From: Callorhinchus milii
Taxonomy: Eukaryota
Assembly: GCF_018977255.1 (NCBI RefSeq)
Contig: NW_024704742.1
Span: forward strand, 43,030,001 to 43,094,000
Length of the DNA: 64,000 nt
Direction of reading: 5' to 3'
Shown: positions 1-11,526 of the stretch, one piece after another
Layout of the letters: each line of letters begins with the position of its first letter
Position numbering within the stretch: position 1 is the stretch's first letter
The notes under the pieces: generated by a model
Database searches by the model: none
What the model was told of the DNA's origin: nothing
What the model saw: only the letters and a program-made list of their open reading frames with translations
Position numbers and translations under genes: made by a program

Positions 1-404
1 TGATAGTTGGCATCCTTGAAATTCCAGTTGGTCTTATAACTGAGCGCGCTCAAGAACAGAGTAGCTAATGGTTAGCACTAACACATCATGTCATCATTGA
101 TCACTTGACTGGTGACCGCCTGAACATGAACACAGTATAAAACCTGTATGAGGCACACATTCATAAAGTGATTTGCACTGGAGCCAGCCTGCCAAAAGCA
201 CCTAAAGGAAACGGTTTCACTGGGAAATCAATTCACTGTGCTGCAATATAAATGAACCATTTCTAATGCTATTAAAGAACCAGCCTCACTCCCGCCTTTT
301 TAATAACTTAGAAGCGAACAGTATCTAGGATTGAACATCAGTGCTATGGGTACATGCAACTAAGCATACATGTAGAGCCCCTAGCAAAAGTGATTCATCT
401 GATA

Positions 405-1010
405 CATCACCTATAACTTTGAGATTGTCTCAAAGGACTTCACAATGTTGCTGTTTAAAGTGTACTGATTCTGTACTTATAGGTTAATCCAGCAGCCAAT
501 TTGAGCACAGCAATGTCCCACAAAGAACCATAGTGTGAATGATCAACTTTATCAGTGGAGTCACCTCGCAAGCGAAAGGACCTGGACTTGATTCCCGGGC
601 ATAGCGAAACCTTAAGCAAGTTCCTTACTCCACACACCTCTGTTTACCTAGCAGTTAGTCGGAATTTGGTTGTTAGCCGATTGGTGAATCGTTTTTCTGG
701 GGATAATAGTCCCTCCAAATAAATAAATAATAATTTGGTCAATCAATCCATGACTGTTTGTGGGACACTGCTGTATTCTGTGAAGCTCATTGAGATGTTT
801 CAAAGTGATAAGGCGCTATATCAAATAAGGATTATTATTATTATCTAGAGGTTTGTTGGCCAGAACACCCCTTCTCTTTTCAAATAATACCATGGGATCT
901 TTAATGTCCACCTAAACAGGCAGAAGGGACTTCAGTTTAATATCTCATCTGAAAGGTGGTACCTCTGATAATGCAGCTCACCACAGTACGGCAGTGTTAG
1001 CCTAGATTTT
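405..1010 (-). mobile_element. Old Deu-domain SINE (SacSINE1-like), split by the SINE at 555-843
   Basis: GCAGCCAATTTGAGCACAGCAATGTCCCACAAA on the left and CCATGGGATCTTTAATGTCCACCTAAACAGGCAG on the right are reverse complements of Deu-SINE segments. Confidence 0.8.
555..843 (+). mobile_element. tRNA-derived SINE, long form (internally deleted), nested in an older Deu-SINE
   Basis: GTGGAGTC start, CAAGTTCCTTACTCCACAC body, GTTTGTGGGACACTGCTGT Deu-like segment and (ATT)n tail. Confidence 0.85.
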
Positions 1011-3029
1011 AAATGTAAATGCGACAGTCTTGGAGATGAGGTTGCTCCTTGAATGGGCACCAGAAAATTTCAGCAATGATGTATTTATTGTGAAAGAAGC
1101 AGAGGAAAGATGTAAAGTCAGAGCTGTGATGCCAAGGGACGAACAGGAAAGTCAATAGTTAAGGAAATAACAATGAGAGAAGCAACAGAGTACAAGTAGT
1201 TTCTTACTCTCACACTTACACTGACTACATCTGTCTCATCTGCTGTTAAGTACATTCTCCACATTCACTCTTGTGAGACAACACATTGTGAGGATGATGA
1301 CATCTCAAAGCAGCAAATGGAGACCAGGGACAGGATTATTGATGCAACTAATGATGGAATCAATTCATTCACCATCATGTCCAAAGTCCTTGTAAATACT
1401 GTCACTGAGATGTGATTTCAAGCTTTCCGGGTGCAAAATGTGACAGAATGACAGTACTTTGTAATCATCTGTCAGGATGAAACATTCACCCATCCTGTAA
1501 AGTGAGCCACTTTACAGGCATCAGTTTGGGTCAAGGCTGATCAGCAGCAACCCTGTTATACCAGACCATTTTAGTTTGGTTGGTCATTAGAAGATGGAGT
1601 CTGACTAACGGAGCTGTGCTGTATCAGAAGGTCTTGTTGCATTTACTTCCCAGGAGCTGTAAAGGACACTGTGGATGTCAACACCCATGTTGTGAAGTTG
1701 GATCTGTTGAACAGCTAAGCATATGCATCATCTCAGCTGGGGTGGAAGTGGATTGTAGCAATAAACACACTATGCATAGAGTTGTAAACTAGATACATAC
1801 TGGGTTGTTAATAACAATAAAACTCAACATAGTATCTTAGCATGCTGAAACATCTTAAAATGTGTTTCTGTTAAGTATTAAGTATTCTGTAGGCAAAACA
1901 GCAGGCAATTTGTTCATAAATTGTCTTGTCCCTACAAATAGCCCAAAAGATCTATTAACTGCAGAACTGTTGGCCTGGAAAACAGGAGAAACTTGTTTCT
2001 TTTTAGGAAATAATGCTATGAGATCTTTAAAATCTACCAGCAATCCCTGATATGGAAGCTGAGATTGTGCGCTTAAGTTCTATATGTGAGAGTGCTACAA
2101 CAACAAATTACATTTGTATAGCTCCTTTCATGTCAGGAGGACGTCCCAAGACACCGGACAGTCAGGGATCCGCACCAACTGAGCCAACTAGATTTACTTC
2201 CACTGAAGGATTCTGCAGTTCAAAATAACATTTTTGAAACTAGCATACACAAATATGCAAAGCACAATTAAATAATTGCATTTATTTACAGATCGTGTGA
2301 TCTCTATAATAGGCCTAGCTATTAGGCCTTCTGACTATGACTATTTTTGATCATTCCTGATCAGTTTGGAAATATCGCTGTGGTGAATTCATGATAACAA
2401 GCGATCTTCTCAAAGCCAGAGGTTTTTATGCGCATCACAAGAAAGTCATTACCCTCCTTCGATCAGTCTGTCTGTAACAGTTTCAAATATCTTGAATGTT
2501 AAATTAAGAATCAACATGAACACTAACTTCAACAACAAAAAGAAACAAAACCAGATGTTATATTCTGGCATACATACATTGTTTCAAACCCACTTACAAT
2601 TTCCTATAAATACAACAACAACAAGATTTCATCTATTGAGCGCCTTTCACGTCGGGAGGATGTCCCAAGGCGTTTATGGACACATTGCACACACCATACT
2701 AAGACAGAAATTCACATCGCAAATAACATACGAGTAAGGGTATTTGCACCAGAGAAAGAGAGAGAGAAAAAGGAACAAAAATATAAGGAAGACTTATCCT
2801 GGGCTGTGCCAACTTACCAATTTGGCAGAAAAATACTGCACAGATATTGGAGCATGCCTAAGTACAGAAAGGAAGTGTTTAGAAAAATATTTTACTACAT
2901 AATGGAAATAACTATTTGAATGGCTCAGAAGTGGCTTGTGTATGAATGTACGGAATGGTAAAGACTATTGTGATCCATCTTACCAGTTTTAAAGGAAAAT
3001 AAAATCTAATACTGCTGTACTCGATCTTG

Positions 3030-3358
3030 GATCCCTCCCTTGGCTCCTTCAAGACTATCCTCTTTCACCGGGCCTTCAATCACCCTCCTACATTGCTGTA
3101 CACGACTGGCTGCTGCGTTTCTCCCATAAAATATAGTCAATTCACTTTACAATATATTCTGTGAAGCGCTTTGAGATGTCTCGAAGACGTGATAGGTGCT
3201 ATATCAAATGCAATGATTATTATTATTACTCCTACCCTCCCCGTCCTCCAACCCTCCTGATCCCAACCACCAGCTCGGGTGCAGATCCCTGACTGTCCTT
3301 CACCTTGGGACATCCCCCTGACGTGAAAGGCGCCATACAAATATAATTTGTTGTTGTT
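3030..3358 (+). mobile_element. L2 3' end interrupted by a SINE 3' fragment (about 3095-3228)
   Basis: CTCCTTCAAGAC...CCTTCAATCACC, then a SINE tail ending (ATT)n, then the L2 tail GACGTGAAAGGCGCCATACAAAT..(TTG)n. Confidence 0.8.
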
Positions 3359-3389
3359 GGGATTTGCTGGCATAATTTAGCTGCCTGCC

Positions 3390-3745
3390 TGGTTTAGCCA
3401 GTAGCAAACTCACCTTGGGTCAGAGAATGTAGGTTCAAGCCCAACATTGGGAGTGCTTACTTAATGCAGTCCTGGGGAAGTAATGCATTGTTGGAGATGT
3501 CATCTTTGTGATAATTTGTTAAACGGATGTCCTGTCTACCTGTGCAGGTGGACTTTAAAGATCCCATTGCACTATTTGAAAAGAGACAGGAATTTCTCCA
3601 ATGACCTGGTCAACAATCTCAGACAAAAAAATGGTCACATACTTCAGGGCTCTTGTGGGACATTGCTGTGCACACATTGATTTCCACATTTGCCTACAAA
3701 CACACAGTAGCAAAACCTAGAGACTTTGAGGCACTTTGATACATT
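3390..3745 (+). mobile_element. Old Deu-SINE
   Basis: Degenerate tRNA head GGTTCAAGCCC, then CAGGTGGACTTTAAAGATCCCATTGCACTATTTGAA and TGTGGGACATTGCTGTGC. Confidence 0.8.
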
Positions 3746-4634
3746 ATCCTCATTCTCGCCCATTCGAAGTCTCAAAGTTAATGTTTAAATAAACTGTACT
3801 GCTGAGCTGTACCCGAGGCTTATAGACCTTGAAAAAAAATACCTGAACTGTTCTATAAATATTCTACACCCTTCTTCTCCCTCGGTGAAAAAGAAGCAAT
3901 TTCAGCCTAAAATTTCAACTGTACAGCATACAACAACAAATTATATTTGTATAGAGCTTTTCACATCGGGAGGACGTCCCAAGGTGCTGAATGCACCAGT
4001 GCAGAGAGAAACAAAATTAATTGAGGTGCTTATGTTTCATGTTTAAAATCAATATACAGAGTTGAAACTTCAAATAAAAATTTTAAACTTTTTTTTAAAA
4101 CGCCCAAGCAAGTATGCAAAGCAACGCATCCATCGGCACAGAATGTATTCCCATTCACTGGTGGATTCTGTAATCATCCAGCATCAAGGTCTGGCTAAAG
4201 CTCTTCATATTCATCACATTCATTCCTTGGAAAGGTCAAATTGAGAAAAGCCCGAATAATAACCTAGAGATAAAGTATATCCCAAGCTACAGATGGTCGT
4301 GTTATATTCACTTTGCATATAAAGCTGCTTGTTCCAGACTCCATACATTCTGCTCGTTACTTTCTGTACCAGATTATGTGAAGGGATTGTTCACATTAAT
4401 CTTCACTGGCTACAGAATGGTTGTCAGAGCACATGGTATCACTGCTAAATCAGTGTTCTGTCTTGGAAAGTACTTTTAATATTCATATCACAGTGGTAGC
4501 AAAAAGAATATCACACAAGGGAACCGCAATTCTTTAACAACACTACTATTCACTTAACCTAGGTAATGTTAACCCACCCATTCATTTACAAGATCATTTC
4601 TCCAATCCTTTGAATGTGTATGTGAAGATCTCAT

Positions 4635-4834
4635 GGGGAGAAATTTACCTGGATCTACATTTACTCTATTTGTGTAGCATTTTAGAATGTCCACAATTTG
4701 ACAAATTGTTGAAATTTAACAGAAAATCAGCTTCAAAAATCAAAGCTGTAATTAAGAATGTGCTAAATTATCAATAGTCTTATAAAATGCTACATAAATA
4801 GAATAAATCTATAGACCCGGTGGAATTTCTCCCC
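4635..4834. mobile_element. MITE-like element with long imperfect terminal inverted repeats
   Basis: GGGGAGAAATTTACCTGGATCTA...TAGACCCGGTGGAATTTCTCCCC, plus inner arms TCTATTTGTGTAGCATTTTA / TAAAATGCTACATAAATAGA. Confidence 0.75.
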
Positions 4835-5071
4835 AACAATCTTCCATATCTATCCTGGCTGGCAAAAAACACAACATACGAGTTCAGTTCTGTGCCATCT
4901 GTCATAAAATTTACACCCATAAATCTGCTTCTCTTCCACTGCCTGCTTTTAGTCATACTACACTAGCTCTTTTGGACTGAAGTATGGATTCAAATAACAG
5001 ATCAAATAGCACAGGCATGTTATCAGCACTGCCTATCACAATGAAAGACTGGTCAACTCTTTGGTTTTTTC

Positions 5072-5404
5072 GTGGAGTCCTGTAGCTCAGTGGTTAGAGC
5101 ACTCGCTTTGCAAGTGAGAGACCTGAGTTCAATTCCAGGCAGGTCAGGGCGAAACCTTGGGCAAGTTTCCTTACTCCACACAGAGCCTAATAATAATCCC
5201 TTCAAAACCAAAAACAATAATTAAATTGGTCATTTTCAATCTACGACTGTTTGTGGGACATTGCTGTGCGCAATTGGCTGCCGGGTTCGCCCACAAATAT
5301 GCAGTCAATTCACTTTACAGTGTGTTCTGTGAAGCGCTTTGGGACGTCCTCCTGACGTGAAAAGCGCTATATCAAATGCAAGGATTATTATTATTATTAT
5401 TATT
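5072..5404 (+). mobile_element. tRNA(Ala,TGC)-headed SINE, short form, full length
   Basis: A box TAGCTCAGTGG, TTTGCAA anticodon loop, B box GTTCAATTCC, Deu-like body, L2-type tail and (ATT)n. Confidence 0.93.
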
Positions 5405-5457
5405 AGAATGTATTGATGCAAATCAAGGAATATTGTTCTCATTAGCCAGTCAGTAAC

Positions 5458-5668
5458 CCTGAAATTCCACCTAGTCTTAGCCTCCAAGACCAATTTGGCT
5501 TAAAATGTTGTTAGGCAGAGAATGCTTAAATTCAGTTGTATTTGGAGACCAAGAAAAGCAGCTTCCAAATTAAGGCTAAATTTAGGAACATTCCACAGAT
5601 AAGCCAATTTGACTTAGGACAATAAGAACAACAACTTTACATTTGTATAGACTAAGTGGAATTTCAGG
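5458..5668. mobile_element. MITE-like element
   Basis: TIR CCTGAAATTCCACCTAGTCT / AGACTAAGTGGAATTTCAGG (19/20). The interior is related to the element at 36103-36319. Confidence 0.75.
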
Positions 5669-7021
5669 CCAAGTATCCCCTAAGCTATGGCAGTTCATAA
5701 TGATTTATAATTTGGGAAAACCCATGTTTAGTTACTTCAAATAATTTGTCATTCCCATTGATGCATACAACAACAACCAATGCAGAGTAGTGTCTCACAG
5801 CCCTCTGCTCTACATACTGCAGAGTTATAACTTGGTGGTTTGGTTCCCCATATTAAAATAAACCACAAGAATGTCTATCTTCCAAGTTACCAGTCATCAC
5901 TGACATCACTTCCTATGTGTTACACCAAACATCAAAACCATCACACTGGTATTGACCGTGGCATGTGCAAGGAATGCCACTGATGGCAGTATCTTCACAA
6001 AGTGATGACAGTAGCACCTCATGTTCAGCAGCAACCCAATGACCTGGAAGGTGGTGATTTTTTAGGGTGGGAAACCGGCTACTTAACACTGAGTTCCAGT
6101 CCTCGATACACCAATACTATCAATGGACCTAAACCTGCTTTATAACATGGATTGTGCTGTATATACAATGTTTTATTGCAAACTTACACAATGCTTGTCA
6201 TGTTTATAGCCCTACACTGTTCATTGTTAAATCTCCCCATAAACTCAGGAAAGACAGCTCTTTTCCACAATTGGCAGATTCTGGGCTTGCATTGTGACAT
6301 GACCTTTTCAAACTCATTCACTCCATATACATTTTGCTAAAGTTTCATGTCAGATTGTAGCACTCTGAGCAATGGGCCATTAAGTGCATTGTGCATTTAA
6401 ACAGCAGCATTTGATCTCTGGTAATTAGCACATTAACTGCTGAATGAATAAACTGTGCATTGCACAAAGCAAGTGGTTGTCCATATTAACGGTGAATCAG
6501 AAGCAGTACAATATATTTACGTTTTAAAAAAAGCAATCGAGTTTGTATGTATATGCATGTGACACTAACAAGATGGAAGAGAGGACAGAGCTTCAGGGAA
6601 ACATGAGAAATCATATGAAGAAGAAACAAGACATTTATATTATAAGGCTTGCTTAAGACACACAGGAAATGGCACTGCCTGTGCATAATTAGCATACATG
6701 AAGTGCCATCCATTGTGACTTTGTAATCCAGAAGTTTACCAAAGCAGTCACTACACTTTACAGTATAACCTGTGAAGCGCTTTGGGAAGTCCCCCTGCTG
6801 TAGAAGGCAATATATCAAAAGTAACGATTATTATTAAGTCAGCCATTTTTGTGATTCAAGACTGAAAATGTGGGGGGATAAAAGCAATGTTTAACGATGG
6901 TGATTAATTTTCCTCAATTGGGAAAACATTTTAGAAAAAACGACAACCACCAATTTCTACCAATTAATTAATTAAGAGACAGTTTATATTTGTTTTAAAG
7001 AAATGTCAACTGATCTGGTAT

Positions 7022-7405
7022 AATATTACTTGCATCTGATATAGTGCCTTATCACATCTTCGAGACATCTCAAAGCGCTTCACAGAATATACTGTTGAGT
7101 GAATTGACTGCATATTTGGTGGACAAAACATGGAAGCCAATTTCACATAACTGTGTCCCACAAACAGTCTTGGATTAGGTGACCAAATTATTATTATTAT
7201 TTTTTAAAGGGATGATGACCCCGCAGAAAGTGATCCATCAATCAACTGACAACTAGGTTAGTTACTTGCTGCTTCTCCTACTTAATGCTAGGTGAACAAA
7301 AATGTGTGGAGTGAGGAAACTTGCCTAACATTTCACCCTGGAATCAAACCCAGGTCCTCTTGTTTGCAAGGCGAGCACTCTAACCACTACGCTACAGGAC
7401 TCCAC
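7022..7405 (-). mobile_element. tRNA-headed SINE, long form, full length
   Basis: Ends ...CTAACCACTACGCTACAGGACTCCAC on the + strand (reverse complement of the head), with the tail at 7022. Confidence 0.9.
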
Positions 7406-7659
7406 ACCAAATAAAGAACCAAGTAAAGAATATTCATGACTATTTATAAGTGTTTTTAAAGACTTGAGCATGTGGGCTAGAGTGTCGATGAGCAAGTTTA
7501 GAATCTCCGACCATCTGCCAAGAAATAAATCCTCACTGGCGTGAGGGTGAATGAATCCTCTTTCCCTGCCTCCATACTCAACGTCAAAACATATTGAACT
7601 TTTTTCCACTCCTTTTCACTCCCTTCACCGATTGTTACTTCCAGTCATAACAATACCTT

Positions 7660-7707
7660 TCTTCTTCTTCTTCTTCTCCTTCTCCTTCTCCTTCTTCTTC
7701 GTCTTCT
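7660..7707 (+). repeat. (CTT)n/(CTCCTT)n microsatellite
   Basis: Directly visible. Confidence 0.9.
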
Positions 7708-7984
7708 CAGGCCTCCCTGACTTACACGATCCAATTTTCCCTATAACTCAAATTCTCCCTTCTTGCCAATTAACAAGTGTTCCAAGATGAGATGTTCCAT
7801 TGCAAGTTAAAATTTTCAATCTCCAAACATTTTGCTTGTGGGAAAAACAGCCATTTGCTCTTAATGTAAGGGCAATGCTACACTTCACCTAGCGTCATGT
7901 AAAACCTAACAACTGGAGATGATTTGTTCCATTTGAATGTTCAATACAAGGAAGAGTTCTGGGTGATAGCCCTTTATACAATTT

Positions 7985-8640
7985 ATTTTTGGTCAGCCGG
8001 TGTCAGACATACACACACAGAAGAACGTCACCATGTTTCAGAATATAAAAAACTAGATAGAGTTCCACATATGCCACACCACCTTCGTGTGTAAATTTCC
8101 CACCGTCTGGAATGGAATGCCCAGTTCAGCTCCAAGGATATCCTGCTTCCCTTCCCCATCCCCAGGAAGATAATCACGAGTTGGTCATTTAATATCTGAC
8201 AAGCACAGGTTTAAGCACTCAATAGGTGGATAACAGCTATCAAGAACTCACTGTGAGCTTCCTGGTCAGCAACACATCCCAGCATGAAATGTGTGAGAGA
8301 ATTGTAATCAATATTTGGCAAGCTTGCCACCCTATTTATTAGAGCTTTGACTTGCACAATTAACCAAAACTGAGTGGGAAGAAACCCTGCCCCCAAACAA
8401 GCCAAGCTGGCTTGTCTATCATCAGCAGAGTCTTGGAATACTGCGGACTCACCGTGCTCAGGAACCAAACAACTGAGATTGCCAAAGAGGGATGACTGGA
8501 TTTTGAAATTTCTTTGCCAGCTCAGCTCCAAGAAGCCCACACATATCTTTCCCCCACATCCCATCCCCCCTCTGGAGGATACCCTTGTATATGAAACAAC
8601 CCAACCTGAAGCAGCTGCATATAGAGTTACCACTCTGATT
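7985..8640 (-). mobile_element. 3' end of an unclassified non-LTR retrotransposon, copy 1 (internally deleted)
   Basis: Shares GGTCAGCyGG(G)TGTC and CCAGTTCAGCTCCAAGGA...AGTTGGTCATTT with 31954, 36482 and 61905. Minus frame encodes SLTHFMLGC. Confidence 0.7.
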
Positions 8641-8989
8641 CCATGTGCACTTCAGAATGCACAGAGAGTTATCTAACCAAAGATAGCTGCTTGCATTGCT
8701 TTTTTTTTATTGTTACAATGTTATACCCCAAAAAGTTCACTTGGTGGAAAATGTTTCTGAATATTAATTTAGGATTTTGTTTCTGGGCAAAGAAAAAATT
8801 CAGCTCAAGATCAAGGTGAAACTAGGATTCACAAGAACCTAATTGTAGACAACTTGTGAACCAGTCCAAATGGTGCCATAAAATTGAACAGCTGTTTGTA
8901 CTGACTATTGTAAACCAACTACGACAGGATGTGAATTCAGTGTAGGTTGACTCGCCAACGCAGTGCAGAGAAGGACATGCGTATGTGTT

Positions 8990-9280
8990 GGCATTGTGGG
9001 AGGTGCTTCAGGTTTAAACTGATTCAAAATTAAACTGAGGTCCTATCTGTCTGTTCAGACAGATGTTAAAGATCCCATGTATTCAAAGTAAAGGGAGTTT
9101 TGCCTGGTGTCCTAGAAAGCAATCCCCCGAAATAAAACTAGTCATTCACTTCATGGTGGTTTGTGGGACATTGCTGTGCACAAATGGGCGACAATCTACT
9201 TCACAGTGAATCCTGTGATGCGCTTTGAGATATCCTCCCACTGTAAAAGCCATTATACCAAATGCAAGGATTATATTATT
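8990..9280 (+). mobile_element. Old Deu-SINE
   Basis: GATGTTAAAGATCCCATG, GTTTGTGGGACATTGCTGTGCACAAATGG and tail AAATGCAAGGATTAT. Confidence 0.8.
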
Positions 9281-10584
9281 AAATTAGTAATAGTAATAAC
9301 TAGGGTTATAGTTAACTATAATTTTCACAAATATGATAAGGAAGCACATGCACAACAAATTACTGTCAAAAGAAAAACAGTTCAGCCATGCATTCGGGAT
9401 TTTGCACTGTAATGTATTAGTACTACCCTGAATGCTCAATGTCAACATTGCTCTGCCAATACTGTGAATATTGACATTTTCCAGAGTCTAATACAGAGGA
9501 CTGAACACATTGTCTTTGTTATCAAAATAATGTTACCAGAAAACAATAGGATAACATGGACAATATGTAGAATACAACATAACAGTAACAATACCTGTTG
9601 CCTTAGTAAACACACTATTTAAAATCAGTTAAGGGATGCATTAACCCAATGGTCAAAGACAGGTACTGCAGTTTGAAAAGTAACTGTGACAATGCTGCTA
9701 TTTTAAATAGATACACAATTGGTATAGTGCTGTTTGTGCACTAGATATTCCATTGAATACTCTTTGAAAATACACTATTGTAGTACTTTCAAAAATAAGC
9801 AGTCATTTCTGATAAATATCAAACTTGTTTTCTTAAAAAAAATCTTTATATTCAGTAAAGTATTCCCTCAACAAAGTAAACTAACATGATTATTTTGGTA
9901 CATAGCTTGAGGCTAGATTTTACATTGCTTCTTCGAATAGGTTAAATTTTAACTCATCTATTAATCCGCTTACTTAGTTTTGAGATCTATCCCATCATTC
10001 TAGTAACATGGAGGATGTTCAAAATGAAAAGCATTTCCGAGAAACATTATTTTATGTATATATATATACACACACACACATATATATAGGGTATATATAT
10101 AATTAAAATGTTCTTAAACATACATGTTCAGTTTATGAACGAGTTGATGAATTAATTTCTTTTGTGGAGAGTCTAATCTATATTTCCATTATTCTATGGA
10201 GAGAACAATTTTCTTCTAGGCTTGCTTGTTAATTTGGTGCCTGTTTGATAAATTTGAACTAATATACACTATACAATATCTGTAAACTGGTAGGTCAATC
10301 TGTTGTCCATTTGTTCTCTCAAATAAAAGTTGGTGTGGTGGGAGCATGGAGAAATGAAGAGGGAAGAAATTAGCTTAAATTAGGATAACAAACTTATAGC
10401 CTGCACAGAGTGAATCAAAATAATATGCTCTGACTTTAATAATAGTTCATATTGCAACAAAATTGTAAGTTCTCTCCAGAAATGACAATTCAGCTGATTT
10501 GCCCCCAATCTTGGTCTACCCATGTTTCCAATTCAACACGCTTGTCCCAACATTCTTGATAAAGCCTTCAGTCAGCCTTCAGGT

Positions 10585-11040
10585 TAAGTTACGAGGAAAG
10601 GCTGCGTAAACTTGGATTGTATTCCCTTGAGTTTAGAAGGTTGAGGGGTGATTTGATTGAGGTGTTTAGGATGATAAAGAGATTCGATAGGGTAGACACA
10701 GAGAAGCTATTTCCTCCGGTGGGGAATCTAAAACAAGGGGTCATAGTCTTAAAATTAAACTCACACCTTTTAAGAGTGAAATCAGGAAGCATTTTTTCAC
10801 TCAAAAGGTGGTAGAAATCTGGAATTCTCTCACCCAAAAGGCCGTGATGCTGGATCCATCTACACCTTCAAGAGCGAGGTTGATAGATTTTTGGCAGATC
10901 AGGATATTAAGGGATATGGAGAGAAAGCAGGAAATTACAATTGACAGGATTAGTTGAGGTACAGATCAGTCATGATCTAATTAAATGGCGGAACAGGCTC
11001 GAAGAGCTGAATGGTCTACCCCTGTTCCTATGTTCCTATG
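10585..11040 (+). mobile_element. CR1 LINE 3' end
   Basis: Translates YEERLRKLGLYSLEFRRLRGDLIEVFRMIK, the typical CR1 ORF2 C-terminus, and ends in the octamer-type tail TTCCTATGTTCCTATG. Confidence 0.92.
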
Positions 11041-11419
11041 TATTCCCCTGACTTCTGGAACTCTTTCAAAATCTCTTCACTTTTTCTCTCTCTCTCCCTG
11101 GCTTTGAAATCATCTTATAAACATCTCTCTTTACTTGTGTGCTTAGTTAACATCCGGAATTCTCCCTGCTTGGTCCTCGCCATCATATTTTGATATGCAA
11201 CATAAAGGTGCCATACAACTGTAACCTATTGTTGGTGCATGTGCAAGTAATAAAACGCCATTCAGGCTATTTAGTTTACACAGACCTACAACTCTAATCT
11301 ACCTTAAAATCAAGTCCAACTTCATTTTCTGCTGAAAAACTAAATGTAGCGGATCTCCCACTAGCGTGCAGCCATCTGGGTCCAATATCTCAGCAGCTGC
11401 ATTGAAATGAAATACAAAC

Positions 11420-11526
11420 AAATGGCCAACTTCCAGGTCATCAGGTCAATGCTGAATTCACTTCCTGTGCACAGGGCACACAAAGTGATATCAGTGGCAA
11501 CTTGATGACCTGGAAGGTGGCCATTT
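11420..11526. repeat. Palindromic element with 51-bp arms and a 5-nt loop; related copy at about 5875-6080
   Basis: 40/51 arm positions complementary, counted by eye. Confidence 0.8.

Noticed and set aside
225..290. Minus-strand IRNGSF resembling ADGRA3 exon 2 (LKNGSF)
   Set aside because: Lacks the preceding LSNNKI and any suitable acceptor or donor; judged a chance match.
5072..5150. tRNA-Ala(TGC) gene (also at 22810, 25140 and 30620)
   Set aside because: These are SINE heads: no proper acceptor stem or terminator, and each is followed by the SINE body.
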